Source: a virus
DNA length: 64,000 nt
Reading direction: 5' to 3' (one strand)
Virus record (IMG/VR): IMGVR_UViG_3300024518_002836
Location: 4,076 to 68,075 of that record
The position numbers and the translations under genes were made by a program. Positions 31,458 to 40,215 of the stretch are shown here, piece by piece. Below the pieces are notes generated by a model. That model did not search any database. It was not told where the DNA came from and saw only the letters and a list, made by a program, of their open reading frames with translations. Position 1 is the stretch's first letter, and every line of letters starts with the position of its first letter.

Positions 31458-31672
31458 TGTAATTTCTCCTTCACACTTTCATAATCTAGGTCTTGGTCTG
31501 TTGCATCAATAGTTATGACCTGCCCTACTAATTTTTTAATGCTACCATTTAACACCAAAGCAACCATTTCTCCTGTATCGGCAATTGTTAGACTTCCTGA
31601 AATACCTTCTTTAGAAGAACCATCATCATACATTAAGACTAATTGTTTTTTCAATATACTTTGCCAACTCAT
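31454..31672 (-). CDS. MxWxxILK-tagged small protein
   Basis: MSWQSILK. Confidence 0.6.
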   Translation of the reverse strand: MSWQSILKKQLVLMYDDGSSKEGISGSLTIADTGEMVALVLNGSIKKLVGQVITIDATDQDLDYESVKEKLQ

Positions 31673-31911
31673 TGTAATCTCTCCAATGCTTTTATTGCTT
31701 TAGGCAAACCAATATCTGTTTTTGGGTCATAATTAGCAGAAGCCATAACGACTTCCAAATCATCAATTAAATTAGGAATATTATCTCTTGTGATATTTTC
31801 ACCCCTACCAATATAATTTTCCAATCCATCTTCATCATCCCCGTACCAAAGCCTCAATGCTTCTCTAACTTTAATATTTAAATCATCTTTTAATATATTT
31901 TTCCAACTCAT
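31669..31911 (-). CDS. MxWxxILK-tagged small protein
   Basis: MSWKNILK. Confidence 0.6.
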   Translation of the reverse strand: MSWKNILKDDLNIKVREALRLWYGDDEDGLENYIGRGENITRDNIPNLIDDLEVVMASANYDPKTDIGLPKAIKALERLQ

Positions 31912-32210
31912 TGTAATCTCTCCTGCATTCTTTTTCGTTCTTCTTCGGAATACACATAGTTTCCTTCTTTATCTTTTTTGAAAGGGTTGGGCTTTTCTAA
32001 ACCTTCTAGTGTTTCAAAATTGCCTTGAAAATCAAATCGAGGTCGTTCTTTAAGATAATTAGAAATCGCTTCATATTTTTCTTTTCGTGTTAAAGTTATA
32101 TAATCATCAAATTTATTTAAGGGTATTTTGTGTTTAACTTCTTTCCCTTTACTATCTCTATAAGATACAGTAATTACCTTAGATTTTTTTAGAATATCTT
32201 GCCAACTCAT
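31908..32210 (-). CDS. MxWxxILK-tagged small protein
   Basis: MSWQDILK. Confidence 0.6.
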   Translation of the reverse strand: MSWQDILKKSKVITVSYRDSKGKEVKHKIPLNKFDDYITLTRKEKYEAISNYLKERPRFDFQGNFETLEGLEKPNPFKKDKEGNYVYSEEERKRMQERLQ

Positions 32211-32212
32211 TC

Positions 32213-32563
32213 TTAATCCACCACCCAATCATATCTATTAGTTTTAGGATTCCATATTGGTGTAATACTCGGTTTATTTTCTTCTCCTGTTCTCGATTCC
32301 CAAAATCTTTTAGCATCTTCTGTTTGATTCGATGATTCATTTTTGACCGGCACTCCGGTTACTTTTTCAGCATAATTATAAATCTTAGTTCCAATTCCTT
32401 GTCGAGTAGATTTTGTCTTTATTCTAAAAGGAACTAATTTATCCTCAAATACAAAGAAAGAACCTTCACTATCTTCTCCGGCTTTGACTTCAATCACTTT
32501 TAAACCACTTTCTTCTGTAAATGTATGAGTCAATTCTAATTTTAATATTTGCATCCAACTCAT
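32213..32563 (-). CDS. MxWxxILK-tagged GNAT-like acetyltransferase
   Basis: MSWMQILK; acetyl-CoA motif RQGIGTKIY and NQTEDAKRFWE. Confidence 0.6.
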   Translation of the reverse strand: MSWMQILKLELTHTFTEESGLKVIEVKAGEDSEGSFFVFEDKLVPFRIKTKSTRQGIGTKIYNYAEKVTGVPVKNESSNQTEDAKRFWESRTGEENKPSITPIWNPKTNRYDWVVD

Positions 32564-32732
32564 TGTAATTCTTCCTGCATTTTATGTAGCCCATTCCACA
32601 AATCTTGTGTAATTTCATCCATTGTAATATCCAATGTGATTTCTCCCCATCTATACAAATCCCAAATGAATAATGAGATAATCAATAAACAACCTATTAA
32701 GAAACCAAGAAGAAAGTAAAGTATCATTGTAA

Positions 32733-32948
32733 TCATCCCTCATTAAGTTCTTTTTCTAGATTTTCTATCATTTTAATAAGTTTTTTTGTTTCCAAAGAAC
32801 GCATTTGTGGGTCAATAGATGATTGTCTGAGTAATTTTTCCTTTAGACCTCTAATTCTAGCCTCAAGTTTTCTTCTCTTATCTGCTTTTTTTCTAGATTC
32901 TTCTTTCCAATCATGTTCATCTATTTTTAATAAAGAAAACCAACTCAT
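32733..32948 (-). CDS. MxWxxILK-tagged small basic protein
   Basis: MSWFSLLK. Confidence 0.55.
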   Translation of the reverse strand: MSWFSLLKIDEHDWKEESRKKADKRRKLEARIRGLKEKLLRQSSIDPQMRSLETKKLIKMIENLEKELNEG

Positions 32949-33622
32949 TGCAATTTCCTCTCCATTTCATTTCTAACTTCTAACCAAACATTTGGATGCT
33001 GTTGTGCAAGAACTTCTTTAACAATCTGCATTTGAGCAATGATAATAGTATCTTGTCTCTTATGCACTAACTTACCTTTGAACTCCATAAGATACTTTAA
33101 ACTCTCACGAACTTCTCTAGCCAACTTAGTCAATGAATCAATTTCTCGGAAATCTAAATTCTCCTTTTGGAAAACTTCATCCAATTTAACGTCTAATTTT
33201 TGAATATTTTTAGACAGTAATTCAATTTCATCTAACTCCTTTTTAGCAAGAATAGCCGAAGCGGATTTTTGAACTAACGGCTGTAAATGGGATTGCATAT
33301 GTAATCGAACTTGTTGAACAGTAGTTTGTAATGTCGCGGCTAATGCACTAGGTTTTAATGAACCCTCAGACAAACCAGTTTCAAACATTTCCCTTCCACT
33401 ACTAATGCACAATTTGCACTTAGGATTAGATTTATCATCATATTCTCCAACATGATTTCTCATATGTCTAGAAGCAGTTCCAGAGGGCCAATCCATTTTC
33501 TGGTCTAAATCATCAGGCATAACGGAAATAGCATTGATATTATCTTCGTATTCAACCCGTTCATCATGTTGGCAAAACTTACAATGCTTTCTAGTTTTTC
33601 TACTCATTAAATTCAACTCCAT
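32945..33622 (-). CDS. Tandem Zn-HTH plus coiled-coil protein, candidate terminase small subunit
   Basis: Two CxxC...HxxxH units (CKFC/RHMRNH, CKLC/LHMQSH), then a helical oligomerisation-like region. Confidence 0.5.
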   Translation of the reverse strand: MELNLMSRKTRKHCKFCQHDERVEYEDNINAISVMPDDLDQKMDWPSGTASRHMRNHVGEYDDKSNPKCKLCISSGREMFETGLSEGSLKPSALAATLQTTVQQVRLHMQSHLQPLVQKSASAILAKKELDEIELLSKNIQKLDVKLDEVFQKENLDFREIDSLTKLAREVRESLKYLMEFKGKLVHKRQDTIIIAQMQIVKEVLAQQHPNVWLEVRNEMERKLQ

Positions 33623-34881
33623 AAGTAACTATGCCAAGAACCTTTAATTGCGCTCTTTTGTATAGCCCAACCCGGCAAATTATCTTTATTAGCCTTACGT
33701 TCTCTTTCAAACAATACCTTTCTACTTTCCTCTTCTCTAGCAGGGTCGTGTAAGAAAACACCTTTAAGTTTACCATGAACAACATCATTCAAGAACTTCT
33801 CACCTCTATTATTAAGAATGGTTCTAACTAACCTAAGAGAAATTTTATCTACAAAGAACGATTTAATTTCAACCAACGGTTTACCTTTATCATTCTCAAG
33901 ATTATCCTTTTTCCTATAATGAATAATAAAAGCAGAATCCTTTTTATCTATCACGTTAATCTTTTTTGTTTGTAAAGCCCGCATTACGGCTGCGAAATTA
34001 ATATGAAGACGCTTAAAAGGAACATTACCAGTTGGGTCTCTATAAGACTTTTGGTCAGATAACACCTCATCTAAAGCCGCTATAAATGAAGGGGCCTTTT
34101 CTAATCCTTGTCTATCTACCTTACCTTTAATATGCCATTTATTAATAGAACCTATATTGCCCTCGTCTACAATTTTAATAAAAGATTTTAACAAGGGTAA
34201 TAACCCCGCATTAATCCCAGGAATGTCTTGAATCTTTCCTTCAGGAGCAAACAATGCTTGCCAAAATGGAGGCTGGGCATCATTTTCTTCACTTGAATAC
34301 CAATGAGGTTCAGCAGCAGGAAGGCTCTCCTGTTTACCAGTAGCCTTTCTATGCTTAATATAGTTAGGTGTTCGATAATGCCCATAAACCTTTTCCCAAG
34401 ATTCAGCACCATCTTTACCAACAGTAGCAGGAACAGTAAATATAATGTTTCTAGGGTTTAATTTAGTAGTATTCTTCACTCTTTCTAAACCCTTTACATA
34501 AAGTTCAATATCTTTCAATTCATCCTTATCCACTAACTCTTCATCTCCAACTATTTTAACTAATTCTTCAACCATCTGATAAACACCTTTCCCGTAATTC
34601 TTTACTCCAGAACGTTTAACTTCCGCTCTAACGTGCTTATCAATAAAATCGAATAAATTGGTTGCTCCCTTTTGACCAGTAGTTCCAACATCTGTTTTAG
34701 ACACAGATTTACACTTAGTAACCCAATTACTTAAAGACTCAATAACATTTTTAAATGCTGGAGAATATTCAATTTCACCTGTATCACCATCTCCTAAATC
34801 AACTCTCTTAGGCCCCTTCTTCTTTTCTTCTTTTTTAGGGGCCTTATAAATAGGCGCTTTAAGGATAGTTTGCCAAGTCAT
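33613..34881 (-). CDS. MxWxxILK-tagged protein (422 aa)
   Basis: MTWQTILK. Confidence 0.65.
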   Translation of the reverse strand: MTWQTILKAPIYKAPKKEEKKKGPKRVDLGDGDTGEIEYSPAFKNVIESLSNWVTKCKSVSKTDVGTTGQKGATNLFDFIDKHVRAEVKRSGVKNYGKGVYQMVEELVKIVGDEELVDKDELKDIELYVKGLERVKNTTKLNPRNIIFTVPATVGKDGAESWEKVYGHYRTPNYIKHRKATGKQESLPAAEPHWYSSEENDAQPPFWQALFAPEGKIQDIPGINAGLLPLLKSFIKIVDEGNIGSINKWHIKGKVDRQGLEKAPSFIAALDEVLSDQKSYRDPTGNVPFKRLHINFAAVMRALQTKKINVIDKKDSAFIIHYRKKDNLENDKGKPLVEIKSFFVDKISLRLVRTILNNRGEKFLNDVVHGKLKGVFLHDPAREEESRKVLFERERKANKDNLPGWAIQKSAIKGSWHSYLWS

Positions 34882-35489
34882 TAATTATTCCCCCTTTGTG
34901 AAATACCCCTTGTATTTACTTTATCTCTAGTGGTTAATCCATGTTGAATATAGTAATTATACAAATTATTAATATTCGGGAAAATATTATTCAGCCATTC
35001 TTGTAATCTCATTGAATCTAAACTGAAAATTAACTTATCCCATTCTTCTTCAGTATTTGCTTGCTCAAATTTTCCTTCAATTTTTCGTGCAAACGTGGCA
35101 AAAGGCATGGCTGCTGGATTATTGGGCTGACCACCTTCGCGCATAGCCCTCATCATTTGAATAACTTCAAATCTATGGAAACCCTTATGAATTATCCAAT
35201 CTATTGCCTTTTGCCAATTTGGGGGCTTAGACCATATTTCTATAGGTCCCTCTTCAGGTTCTTCTAACTCCTTTTTGCGTTTTTCCCACTCTTCTCTAGA
35301 TTCATACGAGCGTCTAGGAATTTCTGCTTTTAATACATTTTCCCAACTCATTGTAATCGCTTCCTTCTTAACAGATTCAACTTGCTCAACAGTTTCTAAA
35401 GCATCAACCATTGGTTCATCAGTATCGCCATCACCGTCAAGGTCTGGGTAATCAGGCCGTTGGCCTTTAATTGTATTTTCCCAACTCAT
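34881..35489 (-). CDS. Double-tagged protein (fusion of two cassettes) with DxDxDGD Ca-binding-like motif
   Basis: MSWENTIK...PDLDGDGDTDEPM...internal MSWENVLK. Confidence 0.6.
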   Translation of the reverse strand: MSWENTIKGQRPDYPDLDGDGDTDEPMVDALETVEQVESVKKEAITMSWENVLKAEIPRRSYESREEWEKRKKELEEPEEGPIEIWSKPPNWQKAIDWIIHKGFHRFEVIQMMRAMREGGQPNNPAAMPFATFARKIEGKFEQANTEEEWDKLIFSLDSMRLQEWLNNIFPNINNLYNYYIQHGLTTRDKVNTRGISQRGNN

Positions 35490-35552
35490 TGATTATCCCT
35501 CATTCGCTTAAAGTAAAACTCTAAAATATTTTGTTTCCAAAGTTCTTTCATT

Positions 35553-35732
35553 TTAATCCCTCCAAAAATCCGGTTCTTCTGGAACAACTTTCTTTTCACT
35601 AACTTTCGGCTTTTTCTTTTTAGGACCAAATGATGTATTGGTAATCCCCGCCTTACTGCTAGTGATGGGACCACCCTCCTTAAGCGTTGCCCACCAAGCA
35701 TCCACAGAATGTTTATTTTTATCTTTAACCAT
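35553..35732 (-). CDS. Small basic protein with WWATLK motif
   Basis: MVKDKNKHSVDAWWATLKEGG...; abuts the upstream stop codon; preferred to track ORF 35486..35749. Confidence 0.45.
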   Translation of the reverse strand: MVKDKNKHSVDAWWATLKEGGPITSSKAGITNTSFGPKKKKPKVSEKKVVPEEPDFWRD

Positions 35733-36719
35733 TCATTCTTCCTCCTCATTTTTCTGACCTATGATTCTATTTAACGAAGCCGTAACTTCTGCATCAGCAC
35801 CAATAACCCTATTACCTAATCCTTGGTCTTCAGCCCAACGTCTAATAATTTCTAATTCTTTAACCCCAATATTTCCACCTTCAGAATCGCCCCTATAAGA
35901 ATTAGGAATGGGAAAATCATCTTTCATCATCCAGCGTCTGACTACTGTTGGAGTAACTCTAAACCATTCGGAAAGAGGACCTATTCCATAAGAGGACTGA
36001 TATGCAGGCTTTGGTTGAACATGAACCCCTTTAATTCTATCTCTCCAAGTTGTATGTTGTTTACCTTTAGGTTGTCCTCTTACAGCCCTAGAAAGTCTCC
36101 TTTTAGATGGAGTCCTTCTACTAATTCTCTTTTCGGGGGCAAACCTAGATATTAAAGTTCTAAATCTACGAGTTAAATCTTCCTCGGTCATTCTTCTAGC
36201 TTTACGCGTATTTCTATCAATGGTGTGACCCGGATTTTCTCTTTCAAAAGACTCTTTAAGTTCTTCAAAGGTTTCACTTGGTTTACTGGTTTCAATTTCC
36301 TTTTCTTCAACATTAACTTTAAAAATCTCCTTAAATTTAACCCGTGTTAAATTCAATAACTCATCTAAACTATCAGCATATCTAATTTCTTGTAGTGATG
36401 CTGCTGCTGCTGTTGCGGCTTGATAACCAACTAATTGAATATTATTACCCTCCAGTACCCGATATAGTAAACTAGCTTTAAGGGCAGTTTCAGGATTACC
36501 ATTAAAGGCCTGTCTAATAAAAGAAATGTATACTGATGGAATAGGTGTACTATTTGGTTTATCTACAACCCTAACTTGAGGTTTTCGACCAACACCTTCA
36601 GAACTAATTTGTTCTATTTCCTGTCTTAATCTAATTAAAAGTTCTGCTTTATCAACAATTAAAAACTGTTCATCTTCAGTTTTTATTTTTAATATGGTAA
36701 ACCAATTAATTCTATTCAT
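35733..36719 (-). CDS. Tagged hypothetical protein
   Basis: MNRINWFTILK. Confidence 0.6.
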   Translation of the reverse strand: MNRINWFTILKIKTEDEQFLIVDKAELLIRLRQEIEQISSEGVGRKPQVRVVDKPNSTPIPSVYISFIRQAFNGNPETALKASLLYRVLEGNNIQLVGYQAATAAAASLQEIRYADSLDELLNLTRVKFKEIFKVNVEEKEIETSKPSETFEELKESFERENPGHTIDRNTRKARRMTEEDLTRRFRTLISRFAPEKRISRRTPSKRRLSRAVRGQPKGKQHTTWRDRIKGVHVQPKPAYQSSYGIGPLSEWFRVTPTVVRRWMMKDDFPIPNSYRGDSEGGNIGVKELEIIRRWAEDQGLGNRVIGADAEVTASLNRIIGQKNEEEE

Positions 36720-37746
36720 GTTCATCACGCCATTGCCTTGCATCTTTTATATCTTGCTCCATTCTATGTATATTAGCCCTAGCGGGACTAACTCTCCTAG
36801 CAAGAGAAGTCCACCGATTAGCAATGTCAGGATCATACGTAGCTTTAGTATTAATTCTAAGTAAATCTTGACGGGCTTCCTGAATTATTGTCAGCCCTTG
36901 TGCATAATATGGCGCATCTAAACCTCTATACCACCATTCTTTCATATTTGGGGTTGCTTGCTGCGTTTGACCAAATGACCACCTACGACCCCTACCAGCA
37001 ATATACTCTTCAAATGCTTTTTTATCAGATAATGCCGACAGAATGATACCCACATAATAATCTCCAGAAACAATGTGAACACTCTCAGGACGAAAACAAA
37101 CTTCTTGAGCTTTTTTATCGTCAATCATATAATCAACACAAGTGTCGTAAGTCCGATGACTTAAATTAAATCGTATTCTTAAATTATTAATTAGTTTACC
37201 ACGATGACCAGATTCACCCGAAACATGGCGCGAAGGCAACCAATCCGGCCAAATTCTAATAGTTAACCCATGATGCGTTTCTTTAAATTTAAGTCGAGAA
37301 TCATTAGCAAAATCACTCAACACGTCTAAAATTAATTTTCTAGCACGTTCTCTAGGTAATTGTTGGGCTTGAGTTTTCCCTTTCCTAACTCTATCCATCA
37401 AGTTATCTAAGTTTTGTATTAAATTATTAAATATATTTCCTGCTATACTTATTTTTGCAGTAGATTCTCCTTTAACCCGTTCATGATAATTTTTCATATG
37501 TTCTAATCCCTTAGAAGGTAAAGTAGAACTATCCCTCAATTGTTCAGGGTCGCCTCTTGTATCATAACCTTTAGGCTTATCCGTTCTAATTGAACCAAAA
37601 GACCACCATTTTTTAAAACTATGTTTATGACTATCATCTAATAAATTCGATAGATATTTAATGTATTTACCAACTTCTGGAGTTTCATGAGCTTCAGGGT
37701 TTGGATATGGGTTTGGATTTACCTTTAAAATATTAAACCAATTCAT
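36712..37746 (-). CDS. Tagged hypothetical protein (344 aa)
   Basis: MNWFNILK. Confidence 0.65.
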   Translation of the reverse strand: MNWFNILKVNPNPYPNPEAHETPEVGKYIKYLSNLLDDSHKHSFKKWWSFGSIRTDKPKGYDTRGDPEQLRDSSTLPSKGLEHMKNYHERVKGESTAKISIAGNIFNNLIQNLDNLMDRVRKGKTQAQQLPRERARKLILDVLSDFANDSRLKFKETHHGLTIRIWPDWLPSRHVSGESGHRGKLINNLRIRFNLSHRTYDTCVDYMIDDKKAQEVCFRPESVHIVSGDYYVGIILSALSDKKAFEEYIAGRGRRWSFGQTQQATPNMKEWWYRGLDAPYYAQGLTIIQEARQDLLRINTKATYDPDIANRWTSLARRVSPARANIHRMEQDIKDARQWRDEHE

Positions 37747-37928
37747 TAAAATGACCCCCCTTCACACTCTTTCCATTCTTCTAAAATTTTACGTAATTTT
37801 TTAGTATGCGCATTAAAACTTGATTCTCTCGCTTTGAAAGTACTATTCTCATAAGCATTCATATCCGTAGATTCCCGAAATTTTATATCTTCTTTAAGAG
37901 CCTCTTTTAATACATCAAACCAACTCAT
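37746..37928 (-). CDS. Tagged small protein
   Basis: MSWFDVLK. Confidence 0.55.
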   Translation of the reverse strand: MSWFDVLKEALKEDIKFRESTDMNAYENSTFKARESSFNAHTKKLRKILEEWKECEGGSF

Positions 37929-38131
37929 AAGAAATCCCTCGGATATACTCTCCCCTCAGTAATAAACTCTTTGACAAATTCTATAACTCTTTGATTAATA
38001 TAAGTTTCTAACTCTTCTTTAGAACCTTTCCAACCCTCTTCTAATAAGGCACGTTTAATCTCTTCTTTTAATTTTAAAATCATCGATTTAATATCCTCTC
38101 TTGCTGATTTTAAAACTAATTGCCAAGACAT
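37925..38131 (-). CDS. Tagged small protein
   Basis: MSWQLVLK. Confidence 0.55.
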   Translation of the reverse strand: MSWQLVLKSAREDIKSMILKLKEEIKRALLEEGWKGSKEELETYINQRVIEFVKEFITEGRVYPRDFL

Positions 38132-38132
38132 A

Positions 38133-38459
38133 TTATTCCTCTTCCTCTACACTATAATCTTCCATAATAGTATCAATATCTTCATCAAAATTTTCTACAA
38201 CCTGTACCCAATCAACATCGGATAGACCATCTGAAGGACTCATTTCTATTAATTCATCCATGAACCCATCAATATGAGCCATCTTTTCAGGAAGAATAGA
38301 AGCAAGAGCCTCTAAAATCTCTTCCTTAGTGTGTTTCTTTTTTACTAAGAATTTAATATCATCAAGAATACTCATATAAAATCCATAATCATTCATTGTC
38401 CATAAATCTGCTGACCGTGTTGCAGTAGCAGTATCTTTTAGTATATCTTGCCAAGCCAT
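38133..38459 (-). CDS. Tagged acidic protein
   Basis: MAWQDILK. Confidence 0.6.
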   Translation of the reverse strand: MAWQDILKDTATATRSADLWTMNDYGFYMSILDDIKFLVKKKHTKEEILEALASILPEKMAHIDGFMDELIEMSPSDGLSDVDWVQVVENFDEDIDTIMEDYSVEEEE

Positions 38460-38460
38460 A

Positions 38461-38751
38461 TTAATCCTTCCAATATTCTCTTCTTAATCTCCATAACTTT
38501 CTAGGACCTTTACTTTCTCTTATTGACGGGTCATTCATACTTTCAAACGATTCTCTATTTGTTCCGGGAGCAGTATTATGTTTAATAAACATAGCAATCC
38601 TTCTACTATTACTACCCACCAATTCAACTAGTTCAGCAACAGTCCTCCATTCACCATCACTCATAATATGCAATATTTTATTTCTTTCCTTATAGGTTAA
38701 CCTAGGAGTTTTACCCGCGCGTTGGCCCTTAATAAGAATTTCTTTCCACAT
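38461..38751 (-). CDS. Tagged winged-helix-like protein
   Basis: MWKEILIK; MSDGEWRTVAELVELVG is HTH-like. Confidence 0.55.
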   Translation of the reverse strand: MWKEILIKGQRAGKTPRLTYKERNKILHIMSDGEWRTVAELVELVGSNSRRIAMFIKHNTAPGTNRESFESMNDPSIRESKGPRKLWRLRREYWKD

Positions 38752-38755
38752 ATTA

Positions 38756-39076
38756 TCACTTAATTAATCTATAACTATTTGGATGGGAAAATCGTTTACC
38801 TCCAACAGTAGTTTGTTGTTTAATGGCCCGTCTTTGTTCATACTTTAATTCTTGAGAACGTCTAGGTTTTCTAGCATAATTCAAATACGGCCTAATATGA
38901 GCCTCATGAATTTTCTGTCCTGTTTTAAGATGTCTAAATTCAGATAAAGCTAATTCTTGAAAAATCTCATTAACGCTTCTCCATCTATAATCTAACATTA
39001 AATCATCAATTAAGTCTCTAGCCTTTTTGGGTATCCTATTTCTATATCTTCCTATTTTCAATACTTCTTCCCACAT
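38756..39076 (-). CDS. Tagged winged-helix-like protein (paralogue of neighbour)
   Basis: MWEEVLK; MLDYRWRSVNEI resembles the neighbour's MSDGEWRTVAEL. Confidence 0.55.
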   Translation of the reverse strand: MWEEVLKIGRYRNRIPKKARDLIDDLMLDYRWRSVNEIFQELALSEFRHLKTGQKIHEAHIRPYLNYARKPRRSQELKYEQRRAIKQQTTVGGKRFSHPNSYRLIK

Positions 39077-39081
39077 AATCA

Positions 39082-39366
39082 TCAAACCTTATGACTATCT
39101 GGATAACTTCTACCTGAATATTTACCCTTTCTAAAAACCCCCCATAATTCACCATATGAAGAATTAGCAAGACTGATTTGCCTAACCATTCCTCTAGCGA
39201 CTTCACCATGTTGAATATACCACTCATTCATCCTATCTCTAGTTTCTTTTGCTTCTTGACTAGTAGAATGCAATGAACGTAATATCCAACTTTTAGGGGG
39301 CTTTTGAACCCATAAATGGCGCTCTGGATGATTACGCTTAAATTTTAAAACCTCGGCCCAAGACAT
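39082..39366 (-). CDS. Tagged small protein
   Basis: MSWAEVLK. Confidence 0.55.
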   Translation of the reverse strand: MSWAEVLKFKRNHPERHLWVQKPPKSWILRSLHSTSQEAKETRDRMNEWYIQHGEVARGMVRQISLANSSYGELWGVFRKGKYSGRSYPDSHKV

Positions 39367-39642
39367 TTATTCCGCGCCCCAGTTATCAAATAACCTACTA
39401 AGTTCTCTCCGTTTTGCACGATAATCCTTTGTTTGCACATCTTTTAACCTCTGTAATGTTTGCATAGCGACATCGTTTTCCCATAGTCGGGGCATTGCGC
39501 GTAAACTATTAATTAAATTTTGGATTGCTGTATCTATTTCTACTTCAATAAGTGATTTTAAATCTTCCGGATTAGCATATCTTTTAGCATCACTAATTGC
39601 ATCTGATGTACTAATTTTTAATATATCATTCCAATTGTTCAT
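39367..39642 (-). CDS. Tagged small protein
   Basis: MNNWNDILK. Confidence 0.55.
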   Translation of the reverse strand: MNNWNDILKISTSDAISDAKRYANPEDLKSLIEVEIDTAIQNLINSLRAMPRLWENDVAMQTLQRLKDVQTKDYRAKRRELSRLFDNWGAE

Positions 39643-39652
39643 TTTAAAACAC

Positions 39653-39892
39653 CTATTCATCAATCTTTGTTCCACGATTACCAAATCCAAACTCTTCAGG
39701 TTTTAAATCTTCCCAATTTGCATTCAATTCATAAAGCATATCACTAGCACTATTAAGACTATGACCATGTTTTTCTAGTTCCTTTACTGCATTCTTTAAG
39801 TCTATGTATAAATTACGATAAACACTCATTAACTTTGCTCTACCTATCGGGGTTAAATCCTCATCTTTAATTATATTTTGCCAATTAGTCAT
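39653..39892 (-). CDS. Tagged small protein
   Basis: MTNWQNIIK. Confidence 0.55.
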   Translation of the reverse strand: MTNWQNIIKDEDLTPIGRAKLMSVYRNLYIDLKNAVKELEKHGHSLNSASDMLYELNANWEDLKPEEFGFGNRGTKIDE

Positions 39893-39911
39893 TTTAAACA
39901 CAATTCCTGAG

Positions 39912-40215
39912 ATTTTGGGCTGTAATTATTTTAACTCTTTCTCTAATTTCTCTTGAACCTTTTTTGCTTCTCTAAGAAAGTTCTCTATAATGGATATTGG
40001 ATTATTAATTCTTAAAATTCGCGGTTCTTCAGGTCTACCTTTTTCTAATTCCTCTAAAACATTTTCAATTGCACTTATAATATTAGGCATTCTTGATTTA
40101 ACTTTAAGCGAACTTACTTTATCATGTAAGAAATCATTTTCTGAATACTCTTTTTTGATTGAATCTTTCCAATTCATTAAAATCACCTTTATTTTTCAAA
40201 TTTTGGGCTGTAATT
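39912..40215. repeat. 16-bp direct repeat ATTTTGGGCTGTAATT upstream of two successive tagged genes
   Basis: Copies at 39912-39927 and 40200-40215; possible promoter or cassette element. Confidence 0.6.
39926..40177 (-). CDS. Tagged small protein (first gene of the leftward unit)
   Basis: MNWKDSIKK; AGGTGA SD. Confidence 0.55.
   Translation of the reverse strand: MNWKDSIKKEYSENDFLHDKVSSLKVKSRMPNIISAIENVLEELEKGRPEEPRILRINNPISIIENFLREAKKVQEKLEKELK

Larger units (their letters stand above)
30742..35358 (-). repeat. Dispersed gene-junction repeat (G/A)ATTACAATGAGTTGG
   Basis: CCAACTCATTGTAAT on the + strand at about 30742, 30975, 31178, 31449, 31664, 31903, 32555 and 35343; variants at 32202 and 32940. 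Confidence 0.9.

Noticed and set aside
30742-32955. Regularly spaced repeats as a CRISPR array
   Set aside because: The repeats are only 15-16 nt, the spacers are 200-400-nt intact ORFs, and no cas genes are present.
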